DNA of 64,000 nucleotides, from the NCBI GenBank assembly GCA_026710945.1, contig JAPOQA010000059.1:21265-85264 (forward strand), written 5' to 3'. Position numbers and translations under genes: made by a program. The notes under the pieces are model-generated. The model saw only the letters and a program-made list of their open reading frames with translations. It had not been told where the DNA came from and searched no databases. Positions 31,090 through 40,673 of the stretch are shown piece by piece; position 1 is the stretch's first letter, and each line of letters opens with the position of its first letter. Source of the DNA: Chloroflexota bacterium (GTDB lineage: Bacteria; Chloroflexota; UBA11872; VXOZ01).

Positions 31090-32079
31090 TCATGCCGGGT
31101 CGGGCGCAGCCGATTCAGTGTGCGACGCGACCGGGGCGGCGATTTCTTGCGTTTGCTCGGCTTCGCGGGTAAGCGGCCAGAAGAAGAGCGCCGTTCCCGC
31201 AGCCATGATCAAGGAGGCGGTGAAGACGTGGGCGACGCGCAGCGCCGTAGGCAAGCCCATGAGCACCTGCGTAAAGCCAAGTGTGATCTGCAACGCCAGG
31301 AGTGCGATCACGAGAATTCCCAGGTATTTCGCACTGGTTTGGTCCACGCGCAAACGCCAGCCCGCCAGCAGCGCGAGGGCAATCGCGAAGACGTAGGAAG
31401 CATACCTGTGGCCCATATGCACTTCCTCGAGGACACGGCTTGAGCCGCCCCCGCCATCGCAGCTCAGCACGCCGTGGCAAGCAATTCCGGCTCCCATGCC
31501 GACGACCAATGCGCCGGAGACCACGACGAGCAGGCCGGCCGCTAGGGCGGCAATACCCCGCCATCTCGGCATGCCATCTATACTCAGCGCACGATTCTGC
31601 ACATGTACGGCGCCCATTACAGTCGCGGCAATAAAGAGCATGGAAATCGTGAGATGGGAACCCACGAGCAGAGCCGGTAACTCTGTGAGTACCGTCACTG
31701 CACCCAGCACAATCTGCACAACGAGCAAGATGGAGAATGCAAGCACGATGGGTCGTATCTGGCGCAGGCTGCCTTGACCGAACCACGCCTTGACTAACAC
31801 CCAGACCACGCCAACGGTCAAGAACAACGCCAGGAAGCGATGCACAAACTCAATGACTGCTGCCGTTTCGAAAGGCGGAATCACTTGACCTGAACAGAGC
31901 GGCCAATCGGGACACCCCAGTCCCGAGCCCGTTGCCCGTACCACCGCTCCCCATAGAATATGAATGAGGGCCAGTGCGACGACACTCCACATTACCCGCT
32001 TCACCCACGTTTCGGGGTGTTTCATCGCATTACTCACGCTTTCCTCCTCTTGTGTACGATCCTGCTTAGAGTGTAGCAC
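31090..32079 (-). CDS. ctaA: heme A synthase (CtaA/COX15 family)
   Basis: GAVVRATGSGLGCPDWPLC motif and multi-transmembrane profile. Start may be the downstream MKHPETW methionine (32025). Antisense ORFs discarded. Confidence 0.8.
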   Translation of the reverse strand: MLHSKQDRTQEEESVSNAMKHPETWVKRVMWSVVALALIHILWGAVVRATGSGLGCPDWPLCSGQVIPPFETAAVIEFVHRFLALFLTVGVVWVLVKAWFGQGSLRQIRPIVLAFSILLVVQIVLGAVTVLTELPALLVGSHLTISMLFIAATVMGAVHVQNRALSIDGMPRWRGIAALAAGLLVVVSGALVVGMGAGIACHGVLSCDGGGGSSRVLEEVHMGHRYASYVFAIALALLAGWRLRVDQTSAKYLGILVIALLALQITLGFTQVLMGLPTALRVAHVFTASLIMAAGTALFFWPLTREAEQTQEIAAPVASHTESAAPDPA

Positions 32080-32285
32080 TAATCCTGCTTTGATGACACT
32101 ATTTCACGAAAAAATCGAGTTGCCAGGGGGGTGCATCCGTGTCATTATCATGGGCAAAGCAGTTGCCGCCCTAGAATCGGCTTGAAGTCGCCTGCTCCCA
32201 CATAGATAGCAGTCTCGGAGCGTAGGCGGTCCGGCAAAATGGGCATAGCAGCGGGTAGATTACGTTTTTCAGCAAGGAGGCATCC

Positions 32286-33308
32286 ATGTCGGGAAGAGTC
32301 AAAATTGTTGCCCTCGAATCGGCACACCCCCACATACACAGCTTGATCAGGCAGGCGCAAGAGCAAGAAGGCGCTGAGTTTGTCGGCTTTGCCGATCCCA
32401 ATCCCAAACGCCGCGCTCTCACCAAGGAGCGCAACGAGTTTGACGATGACATGGTCTTTGCCGACTATGAACGACTTCTCGACGAGCGCCAGCCGGATGG
32501 TGCGCTCATTTGTTCCACCAATGCCGATCACGTCAAATACGTGGAGGCGCTGGCGCAGCGCGGCATTCACATCATGTTGGAGAAGCCGTTTGCCGCGAGC
32601 CTCTCGGATGCCGACCGCATGATCGCCGCGTGCGAACAGCATGGTGTGACGCTAATGATCAACTTTCCCACGGCGTGGGGTCCGGCCTTGCGGCGGGCGC
32701 GCGAGATTGCGCAGTCCGGTGCGTTGGGGCAGGTCTTTCAGATCGCTTTTCGGGGCGGACACATGGGACCCACCGGCGACTTTGACACGTGGTGGTACCG
32801 CCCGCAGGACGGCGGTGGCGTGTTGCTGGACTACTGCTGCTATGCGGCCAATGTCTTTACGTGGATTCTCGGCAAGCAGCCCCGCCAGGTCTGCGGCATG
32901 GCCGACACGCTGGTGAAGCCGGTACGGTCCGAGGACAATGCCGTACTGCTGCTGCGTTACGACGACGCGCTCTGCGTCAGCCAGGCCACCTGGACCCGCT
33001 TCGGACCCGAGCCGATCCACGGGCCGGTCATTAACGGCACCGAAGGCAGCGTAACCATGGTTGGCAGAGAGCAGCTCAAGCACTGCACGCAGGAGAACCC
33101 CGAAGGCGACATCATCGACGTGCCGCCGCTGCCGGAACCGCACATGCAGAACGGACCTGCGTACTTCGTCCACGCGCTGCAGAGCGGCACGCCCATCGAA
33201 ACGCCGTGCGACCCCGCTTTCAACCGGGACGGACAGGAAATCCTGGAAGCGGGCAAGATCGCGGTGCAGACCGGTGTGACCGTGAATCTGCCCATACTGC
33301 CGGCCTAG
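32286..33308 (+). CDS. Gfo/Idh/MocA-family NAD(P)-dependent oxidoreductase
   Basis: N-terminal Rossmann fold with EKP motif (HIMLEKPFA). 340 aa. Confidence 0.8.
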   Translation: MSGRVKIVALESAHPHIHSLIRQAQEQEGAEFVGFADPNPKRRALTKERNEFDDDMVFADYERLLDERQPDGALICSTNADHVKYVEALAQRGIHIMLEKPFAASLSDADRMIAACEQHGVTLMINFPTAWGPALRRAREIAQSGALGQVFQIAFRGGHMGPTGDFDTWWYRPQDGGGVLLDYCCYAANVFTWILGKQPRQVCGMADTLVKPVRSEDNAVLLLRYDDALCVSQATWTRFGPEPIHGPVINGTEGSVTMVGREQLKHCTQENPEGDIIDVPPLPEPHMQNGPAYFVHALQSGTPIETPCDPAFNRDGQEILEAGKIAVQTGVTVNLPILPA

Positions 33309-33340
33309 GCTGAACATCCTAGCAACTCAGTTGGACGATG

Positions 33341-33369
33341 GAGAGGGAATGCGACGCATTCCCTCTCTC
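33341..33369 (+). terminator. hairpin downstream of the Gfo/Idh/MocA gene (terminator-like)
   Basis: GAGAGGGAATGCGACGCATTCCCTCTCTC perfect palindrome, no strong U-tract. Confidence 0.35.
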
Positions 33370-33629
33370 GGTATAGATGGGAGTTTGCAATGGCGCGCCG
33401 CGCGAACACATCCGATTGGCCATTGAATTCTGAGAATGCGTGCAATTGGCCGGGATTTCTCATACTAGAGCGCCGGGCCAGTTCGAATTAGCCATGAGAC
33501 TAGATGCAGTGCGGAGGCACGGGCAAGATTACATTAGACCTGCAATTCGTTCAGGCTGCACGTAGCAGGGCTCGCGCAGCCCTCAACACGAACGGTACCA
33601 GAGGAGTACATGCTAGTCTGCTACAGGTC

Positions 33630-33659
33630 TTGACCATCGATTATACCCCCCAGTAGTAT
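33630..33659 (+). promoter_or_regulatory. putative sigma70-type promoter for copA
   Basis: TTGACC - 18 nt - TAGTAT about 130 nt upstream of copA. The spacer contains an ATACC...GTAT inverted repeat that could be an operator. Confidence 0.3.
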
Positions 33660-33790
33660 AAAGATAGTGATGTAGTTGGTGCGCCGCTGGAGGCTTGTGC
33701 ATAGAGCGGCGCCAACAAGCGGCAATTGACTGGGCCAGGTTCTTTCTGCCGGCTCCGCTGCCAGGTTCTCAATTCCAAGAAAGTTGATCC

Positions 33791-36268
33791 ATGGCAATTG
33801 CTGAACATACAAAGCGAAAAGAGTCTCTTGCGCTGGCCGTAGAGGGCATGACGTGCGCGGCCTGCGTATGGCGAATCGAAGAAGCCATCACGCGCCTGCC
33901 CGGCGTGCATGAAGCGGCCGTAAACTTGGCGACGGAACGCGCGCAAGTGTCATACGACCCGGACGCAGTGACACCCGCCGCCGTCGCGCAGGCCGTGACA
34001 GCAGCGGGCTATACTCCTGCCGTCGTCAAGCGTACGTTGCGCGTGCCCGGCATGCAGGACGGCTCGGCGGTCAGCCGCGTTGAAGCGGCGCTCCACGCTG
34101 TGCCGGGAGTCCTGAGTGCGAACGTCAATCTGGCTGCAGAGCAAATTCTCGTCTCTCATCTTCCCGACGTAACTGAAGTGAACGCGCTCAAAGCAGCGGC
34201 CGCTGCTGCCGGTTACACGTTGGAAGACGAAGAACAAGATCCGGCTGCGGACCAAGAGGTAGCCGCGCCTGCGGCGAGGAGTGCGGCGCAACGCGACTTG
34301 CGTGTCCAATTGGGCGTCTCTCTGGCGCTTTCTCTCGTGATCCTGCTTGGCAGCATGGGAGGCCAATTCCTGCCCTTTGTGCGCGGCTCCATAATTGAAA
34401 ACCCCTTCCTGCTGTGGGCATTGGCGACGCCCGTGCAGTTCTGGGCGGGTTGGCGCTTCTACCGGGGCGCGTGGGCAACGCTGAGGCATTTTGCCTTCGA
34501 TATGAATGTGCTCATCGCCATCGGAACGAGCGCAGCCTACTTCTTCAGTGTGGCGACTGCGCTGGCGCCGGAATTCTTTGCCGGCCAGGCTGTAAGCGGC
34601 GAAGCCCCGCACTATTTCGATACGGCTGCGGTCATAATCACCCTGATTCTGCTGGGGCGTTACCTGGAGACACGCGCGAAACGCCAGACCGCGACTGCTA
34701 TCCACGCCTTGATGGACTTCCAACCGCAGATTGCGTTGGTCGTACGTGACGGCACACCCGAGGAAATTCCGCTGGCTCAGGTAGCCGTAGGCGATGTCAT
34801 GCAAGTGAGACCTGGAGATCGCGTGCCGGTGGACGGTGTAGTGATCGAAGGGCAGAGCGCGGTCGATGAGTCGATGCTCACGGGCGAGAGCATGCCGGTG
34901 GAAAAAGGCCCCGGAGCTGAAGTCGTGGGCGGTTCGCTGAATACGACCGGAGCATTCACCTTCCGCGCCTCGCGAGTAGGCAAAGACACCGCGCTTGCGC
35001 ATATCGTGCGCTTGATTGAAGAGGCCCAGGGATCTAAAGCGCCGCTCCAACGACTAACGGACCGCATCGCCGCTCACTTTGTGCCCGTCGTGATCGGTGT
35101 TGCCCTGCTCACGTTTCTCGTTTGGTTTCTCGTTGGACCCGAGCCGACATTTACGCCTGCGCTGCTGGCCTTTGTGGCGGTCCTCATCATAGCCTGTCCC
35201 TGCGCGCTGGGCCTGGCGACACCTACGGCTGTGATGGTTGCCATGGGCGCAGGCGCCGCCAAGGGCGTGCTCGTGCGCGATGCGGAGGCGCTGGAACGCT
35301 TACATAGTGTGACCACGGTAGTCCTGGACAAGACGGGCACGCTGACCCAAGGTACACCGGAAGTTACGAATATAATCGCAAGGGGCATGTCCGAATCCGA
35401 GTTGCTCCGTCTCGCCGCTGCGTCGGAACAGTCTAGCGAGCATCCCTTGAGTCAAGCGGTGGTGCGGGCAGCGCAGGCCAGAGGCCTGGCAATCCCTCCC
35501 GCCGTGGGCTTCATCGCAGCGCCGGGGCGGGGTATCCGCGCAGAGGTAGCAGGCAAGCTCGTTCGGGTCGGCAATCAAGCCTACATGGCAGAGAGCGGGG
35601 TGGACCAACAATCGCTCGCCGCGCTCGAAGCGCAGGTGCAAGCATTCAACGACGTTGGCAAGACCGTGCTCTTGGTGGCTCTCGATGGCGCGGTGGTAGG
35701 CACGATCGCGGTAGCCGACGCGCTCAAGCCAAGCGCCCAGGCAATGGTCCAAACGCTGCGCGCCCGGGGACTGGCGATAGTGATGCTCACGGGTGACGCG
35801 GTGCGCACTGCTCACGCAATTGCCGCTCAACTCGGCATTGAAAACGTGTTGGCGGAGGTTATGCCCGGGCAGAAAGCGGCGGTCATTCAGAAGCGGCAAG
35901 AAGCTAATGAGGTCGTCGCCATGGTGGGAGACGGCATAAACGACGCTCCAGGGCTCGCCCAGGCCGACGTGGGCATTGCGCTGGGGGCCGGCGCCGACGT
36001 GGCGCTGGAAGCCGCGGACATTACCCTCATGGGCGAGAACCTCGGCGCCCTGGAGACCGCTTTCACGCTCTCCCGAGCTACGCGCCGCACCATTTGGCAA
36101 AACCTGGGCTGGGCGTTTGGCTACAACGTGGTGCTCATCCCGGTGGCGGCAGGCGTTTTGTATCCTCTATTCGGCATCGTCCTTAGCCCCATGCTCGCAG
36201 CGGGGGCGATGGCGCTTTCATCGGTCTCAGTGGTGACAAACTCCCTGCGTTTGCGGAGCATCGTATGA
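33791..36268 (+). CDS. copA: copper-translocating P1B-type ATPase with two N-terminal HMA domains
   Basis: Two GMTCxxC HMA motifs, CPC ([10 protein letters not shown]), [15 protein letters not shown], about 8 transmembrane segments. 825 aa. Confidence 0.9.
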   Translation: MAIAEHTKRKESLALAVEGMTCAACVWRIEEAITRLPGVHEAAVNLATERAQVSYDPDAVTPAAVAQAVTAAGYTPAVVKRTLRVPGMQDGSAVSRVEAALHAVPGVLSANVNLAAEQILVSHLPDVTEVNALKAAAAAAGYTLEDEEQDPAADQEVAAPAARSAAQRDLRVQLGVSLALSLVILLGSMGGQFLPFVRGSIIENPFLLWALATPVQFWAGWRFYRGAWATLRHFAFDMNVLIAIGTSAAYFFSVATALAPEFFAGQAVSGEAPHYFDTAAVIITLILLGRYLETRAKRQTATAIHALMDFQPQIALVVRDGTPEEIPLAQVAVGDVMQVRPGDRVPVDGVVIEGQSAVDESMLTGESMPVEKGPGAEVVGGSLNTTGAFTFRASRVGKDTALAHIVRLIEEAQGSKAPLQRLTDRIAAHFVPVVIGVALLTFLVWFLVGPEPTFTPALLAFVAVLIIACPCALGLATPTAVMVAMGAGAAKGVLVRDAEALERLHSVTTVVLDKTGTLTQGTPEVTNIIARGMSESELLRLAAASEQSSEHPLSQAVVRAAQARGLAIPPAVGFIAAPGRGIRAEVAGKLVRVGNQAYMAESGVDQQSLAALEAQVQAFNDVGKTVLLVALDGAVVGTIAVADALKPSAQAMVQTLRARGLAIVMLTGDAVRTAHAIAAQLGIENVLAEVMPGQKAAVIQKRQEANEVVAMVGDGINDAPGLAQADVGIALGAGADVALEAADITLMGENLGALETAFTLSRATRRTIWQNLGWAFGYNVVLIPVAAGVLYPLFGIVLSPMLAAGAMALSSVSVVTNSLRLRSIV

Positions 36269-36504
36269 GGACCTTCTAGGAGTAAAGAGGGAGGAGGGCA
36301 GATGTGCGTTCAGCCTTTTTGGAAGCGTCCGAGGAGCGTCTTTCCGAGCGCAGCGTCGAACTCTGTTCGCGGAAAACTCGGACTCTAGCTGAGCACCCAT
36401 ATTGCGTTCAACTGCTTGCGCGTTAGGCAGCGGGGGTAATAGTCAACATGCAGTCGCGCAAACCACTGTGGCGAGGGAAACGAGACTCTCGATCCGCTCA
36501 CATC

Positions 36505-36540
36505 CTCGGTAGCGCAGGTTTGCAACCTGCGTCTGCTGTA
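36505..36540. repeat. GGTAGCGCAGGTTTGCAACCTGCG hairpin repeat (copy 1 of 3)
   Basis: Same motif at 47337..47365 and 59391..59418. Stem CGCAGG / CCTGCG with a TTTGCAA loop. Confidence 0.6.
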
Positions 36541-36884
36541 GGGAAAGTCTCTATGTGCCCTATTCTCTCGTGTGACAATGTTGGAAAATACGCCCTGTGC
36601 TACTTACTCCTGCGGTAAGCCCTCTTGCTAGCTTAACGCGAAAGCATGAGGCGCAAGTCCCCGCGCTACGGCAAGTGCAAGAGTCTCGTGGGTAGCGGCA
36701 CCGGCAGTCCGGCAAGAGTGGATCACTTTGGAGACACGGTCATTGCGAAATCCAAATGGGAAATTGCGTAGAATGAACGTAGCATACAGAGGCTTACGCC
36801 TTGCCACTGGCCGGACGGCAGGAGCAAGCCCACTCTCATGCAGACACCGGCCACGATCGAATAGACGCTGAAAGGAGCGCCACA

Positions 36885-37031
36885 ATGGCAAAATGCGCAA
36901 CCTGTAATGAATCAGTAGACACTGCTACTGCCGAGACCAAGGTAGAGTACCGGGGCACGGTCTACTACTTCTGCTGCGGCCACTGCCAGGCCGCCTTCGA
37001 GCAGGAGCCGGAGCGGTACGCCGAGGCCTAG
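36885..37031 (+). CDS. YHS/TRASH-domain small metal-binding protein
   Basis: ATG at 36885 follows an AAAGGAG ribosome-binding site. 48 aa with a YYFCCGHC motif. Downstream of copA. Confidence 0.6.
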   Translation: MAKCATCNESVDTATAETKVEYRGTVYYFCCGHCQAAFEQEPERYAEA

Positions 37032-37457
37032 CCGGAGCAGTGGAGCGGAAAGGCCTCACCGCTGCCTCCCCCTTTCATACGCGTGAGATGTGGTGGTCTT
37101 CGCGCACGATCTTTACAGTGATACCCGCATAATGTCTAGATTCTTAGCTGTTTCTTAGGCAGCATTGCAAAGACCCCCGATTCCTTGCAATATGAGGGAT
37201 CCACGGCGTGTCTTGCCTTCAAAATGCCATTTCAAGTCCTGCCCAAGCGGCAGGACTTCGTCCTTTAATGCTTGACATACTGCATCTCTGTGCAACCATG
37301 GATTCAATACTAGGCGCCGGATTGGGCAAAGGCTTGGGGGTGTGTAGGCGTCGTAAAACCAAGGCGTCGCTTGGCGCTCTTGCCAGACGACATGAGCGTT
37401 TTCACAAGCGATTGCCAAACTGTCTAGAACTGCACTTTGGGGGAAAGGAGCAGAGCA

Positions 37458-38819
37458 ATGCTTACACGTCGTTCGTTACTGGGAAGCACGGCAGTTCTCG
37501 GAGGTTCGGCGGTCCTTGCTGCCGGCTGCAGTACGGCGTGGAAACCCTTTGCGCCGCCTAGCGCGCCGCAGGATGCGGAAGTTAAAGTCGCGGCATTCAC
37601 GAGATCCATTTATCTCTCAATGCCCTACGGCAGTTACGTAGATGGCGACGACAATGAAGATAGGTTCGAACGGGCCCTGGTAGCGCTTGAGGAAGATGAG
37701 GCTAATGCGTACGGCCCGAAGCGCGGCGGATACTCGCTGGCACTGCGGTTTGTAGAGAACTTTTACCCACCGTATGAAGAGGCCGCTGAAGAGCCCAAGA
37801 CGGATGAAGAGATCGAAGTGGCCCGGGAGGCAAGCCTTGCCTCGGTTGCAGAGACGTTGGATACCCTTGATGCCGACCTCGTGACCGTTTGGCCGCATGA
37901 GGCCCGGTGGTGGGGCGAGAAAGGGCTCCTGCTGCCTTTAGATCGCTTCAGCGGCGCCGAGGAGTCTGAACTCAATCGGGAATTCTTCCCCACCGCACTC
38001 AATCAATACCGGCGCGACGGCGCGCTCTACGCGCTGCCGGTGGACACGGCCCCGCTCATGCTCTTCTACGATCCGGAACACTTCTTCAATCAAGGTGTGC
38101 CGATGCCGGACGCGACTTGGGATTGGGATGACCTGGTGAGAAGTGCCGTCAAGCTCATAGCTTCGAAACAAAACGGCACGGTGGCGCGTTGGGGCCTGAT
38201 CGCGCATGCCAATGGCGTCTCCTGGGCACTCTGGCAAAATGAAGCAACCATAGTTGATGTAGATACGCAACAATGCCACTTGCAGGAACCAGCGGCTGTG
38301 GAAGCTCTGAAATTCGTGCACGACCTGCTGCACAAGCACCGCGTCTCACCGTTGGCAGAGATGCGGGACCTTTGGGACTACCTCTGGGTAACGCCGCCGG
38401 CCATGTTATACGACTATCCTCCCATGATTCTCAATCAGAGGAATAGCTTTCGCATGGCGTCGCTGCCTCGGGGCAAGGTGTCCGCAACGCCGGTAAGAAC
38501 CCATCTTGGGATCGGCATCGCCGCCCGCACGCAAAGAACGGAGGCGGCGTTCATGGCCCTAAAAGGCTTCAACCGCGCCATGCAGGAGCATGTGGCTATA
38601 CCTGCCGGTAGAGAGGCCGTCGCGCGCTTGGCAGACATCCGCACGGATATTAGTCCGGAGGAGGTCGTAGCGGTGCAGAGTTCTCTAGATCACGGGCGCG
38701 AATGGCCGCAGCACGGGTTGCAATTGCAAATTATGTGGGAATTGACACAGAGTCTCGGCCGGGGCGACGACGTGGCAACCATCGTCAATCAGGCCTGCTC
38801 CATCGCCCACGAGTACTAG
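37458..38819 (+). CDS. extracellular solute-binding lipoprotein, SBP family 1-like (paralog 1 of 3)
   Basis: ATG at 37458 follows an AAAGGAG ribosome-binding site. Lipobox LAAGCS. Family-1 solute-binding pattern (YALPVDTAPLMLFYDPEHF...GVP). Confidence 0.6.
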   Translation: MLTRRSLLGSTAVLGGSAVLAAGCSTAWKPFAPPSAPQDAEVKVAAFTRSIYLSMPYGSYVDGDDNEDRFERALVALEEDEANAYGPKRGGYSLALRFVENFYPPYEEAAEEPKTDEEIEVAREASLASVAETLDTLDADLVTVWPHEARWWGEKGLLLPLDRFSGAEESELNREFFPTALNQYRRDGALYALPVDTAPLMLFYDPEHFFNQGVPMPDATWDWDDLVRSAVKLIASKQNGTVARWGLIAHANGVSWALWQNEATIVDVDTQQCHLQEPAAVEALKFVHDLLHKHRVSPLAEMRDLWDYLWVTPPAMLYDYPPMILNQRNSFRMASLPRGKVSATPVRTHLGIGIAARTQRTEAAFMALKGFNRAMQEHVAIPAGREAVARLADIRTDISPEEVVAVQSSLDHGREWPQHGLQLQIMWELTQSLGRGDDVATIVNQACSIAHEY

Positions 38820-38934
38820 ACCGCAGGTTTTCTAGGCGTCTCCTCCCAGGAAGAAGGAGACTCCCATTGATGCAGTCATGCGAGCGACCAATCCGAAATT
38901 GCGTTCCGAGGACAAGAGTTAGGGAAGCAAGATA

Positions 38935-40302
38935 ATGCTTACGCGTCGATCGTTACTTGCGGTCCCGGCGGCGCTCGCCGCCGGGTGCAGTGCGTTCGGG
39001 GCACGGGTCTCGTCCCCTGTAGCGCCGCAGTCCTCTGAGATAAACGTCGCAGCATTCACAAAGTACGCGTCCCTTAGCACGGCGTCTGGCGCAGGCGGGT
39101 TGCACGAGAGTCCTGAAGAGAAATACCAACAGGCGGCCGCGGTGCTTGCGGAGGATAGGGACAGCCCTTTCGGCCCGGTGCGCGGCGGCTACACGCTCGC
39201 GCTGCGGTTCTTCGAGGATGATTATTCGAAAATGGAAGAGCCGCCCAGATCGCAGGAGGAATTTCAGGAGGGGCAAGCGGCCGCACTCGAGGCTGCAGCG
39301 GGCATTCTGGATAGCCTTGAGGCCGACCTCGTGACCGTGTGGCCGGAAGAAGCCCGGTGGTGGGGCAGGAGCGGGCTCTTGCTGCCGCTAGACCGCTTCA
39401 CGGGACCCGAAAGCACTGAGCTCAACCGCGAGTTCTACCCAAGCGTACTCAACCAATATCAAGTAGACGGCGTGCAATACGCGCTGCCGGTGGATGCGGC
39501 CCCGCTCATGCTCTTCTACGACGAAGCATATCTCGCCAGTTTGGGGGTGCCGCCGCCGGACACCAATTGGCACTGGGACGACGTAGCTAGGCATGCTGCC
39601 ACGCTGACACGGCGCGGCAGTAGCGGCTTCGCCCTGCGCTGGGGGCTGGTGGCCCGCGGACAGCGCATCTTCTGGGCGCTGTGGCAGAATGAGGCGTCCC
39701 TGGTGGATATGGACACGTTGCAGTGCAGTTTGCAGGAACCGGCGGCAGTAGCAGCCCTGCAATTCGTGCACGACCTCATGCACAAACACCGTGTTTCCCC
39801 GATAGCAACCCGCCGGGATCTGTGGAGCTACATCTACCAAACGCCGCCGGCGCTGCTGTACAGCTATCCCCCCTTGCATCTCAATCAGCAAAGTGGCTTC
39901 CGCATGGCGCCGCTGCCCCGCGGCAAGGTGCACACGGCGCCGGTGCGTACCACGTTTGGCATCGGCATCGCCGCCCGCACGCCGAAGATGGAAGCGGCGT
40001 ATACGGCGCTGAGGGGGTTCACGCGCGCCATGCAGGCGCAGGCGGTCATCCCCGCGAGCCGGGAAGCAATGGCGGGGCTGGCGGATACCCACAAGCATTT
40101 CCTCCCGGAAGAGGTTGCCGCCGTGCAGCACACGATGGCTCATGGGCGCGAGTGGCCGCAATATGGGCTGCCCCTGCACGTCATGGACGAATTGACCGGC
40201 AGTCTCGGTCGCGGCGACGACGTTGCAACCGTGGTAAACGCCGCGTGCAGCACGATAGACGATTTTCGGCAGACAGGCAAGCTGCAGATGCCATGGGACT
40301 AG
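38935..40302 (+). CDS. extracellular solute-binding lipoprotein, SBP family 1-like (paralog 2 of 3)
   Basis: Lipobox LAAGCSA. About 55% identical to paralog 1 by eye with the same motif order. The 360-aa antisense ORF 39388..40470 discarded as a GC artefact. Confidence 0.6.
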   Translation: MLTRRSLLAVPAALAAGCSAFGARVSSPVAPQSSEINVAAFTKYASLSTASGAGGLHESPEEKYQQAAAVLAEDRDSPFGPVRGGYTLALRFFEDDYSKMEEPPRSQEEFQEGQAAALEAAAGILDSLEADLVTVWPEEARWWGRSGLLLPLDRFTGPESTELNREFYPSVLNQYQVDGVQYALPVDAAPLMLFYDEAYLASLGVPPPDTNWHWDDVARHAATLTRRGSSGFALRWGLVARGQRIFWALWQNEASLVDMDTLQCSLQEPAAVAALQFVHDLMHKHRVSPIATRRDLWSYIYQTPPALLYSYPPLHLNQQSGFRMAPLPRGKVHTAPVRTTFGIGIAARTPKMEAAYTALRGFTRAMQAQAVIPASREAMAGLADTHKHFLPEEVAAVQHTMAHGREWPQYGLPLHVMDELTGSLGRGDDVATVVNAACSTIDDFRQTGKLQMPWD

Positions 40303-40358
40303 GACACACCGTTCTCCACTTGGCCACTGCCGGAGAGCGGCGGCTATTTGCCGCCAAA

Positions 40359-40423
40359 GGGTAGCATGGGGGCTTGTCCCCAATGGTTTCGCATAAAGGT
40401 AGCGCGGGGGCTTGTCCCCCGCC
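40359..40423. repeat. two adjacent copies of the GGTAGC(A/G)(T/C)GGGGGCTTGTCCCC(C/A) hairpin repeat
   Basis: Between solute-binding paralogs 2 and 3. Same hairpin at 15481..15500 and 59778..59795. Confidence 0.7.
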
Positions 40424-40673
40424 GGAGCAAAGGGAAACAGGCACGCACAGGATTGACCGTACAGGAACACAGGTGCAAACCTGCGCTACCGGAGACCTGG
40501 GGCGCGGTTTCCTTCTTCATGAAGTCTAATGCGACAGCATTAGGGCTTGTCTCCCGCTACCTGGAGGAATTGACAGCACAAGTGTACGTCAGCTATCGAG
40601 AGACAGGTCAGCCCCAACTGCAAAGGAGAGGGAATCGGTCTCAATACTGTAGCGTGACCGAAGGAGCAGGGCT

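Noticed and set aside
36505-36540. tRNA-like anticodon arm (CGCAGG-TTTGCAA-CCTGCG, anticodon TGC) in the GGTAGCGCAGGTTTGCAACCTGCG repeats (also at 47337 and 59391)
   Set aside because: No acceptor stem, D-arm or T-arm (GTTCRAATC) context. The motif is a member of a dispersed repeat family, so it is not called as a tRNA. No other tRNA-like T-loop motifs were found in the window.
39388-40470. 360-aa ORF antisense to solute-binding paralog 2
   Set aside because: It is one of many long antisense ORFs (others: 344..1027, 3328..3948, 6992..7693, 9564..10163, 11332..11802, 20296..20985, 31115..31786, 33950..35050, 42296..43258, 44267..45061, 46001..46615, 49110..50201, 50804..51829, 57940..59187). 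They are typical stop-codon-poor frames of high-GC DNA. The opposite strands carry proteins with recognisable family signatures, and the antisense products are Arg/Ala/Pro-rich low-complexity.
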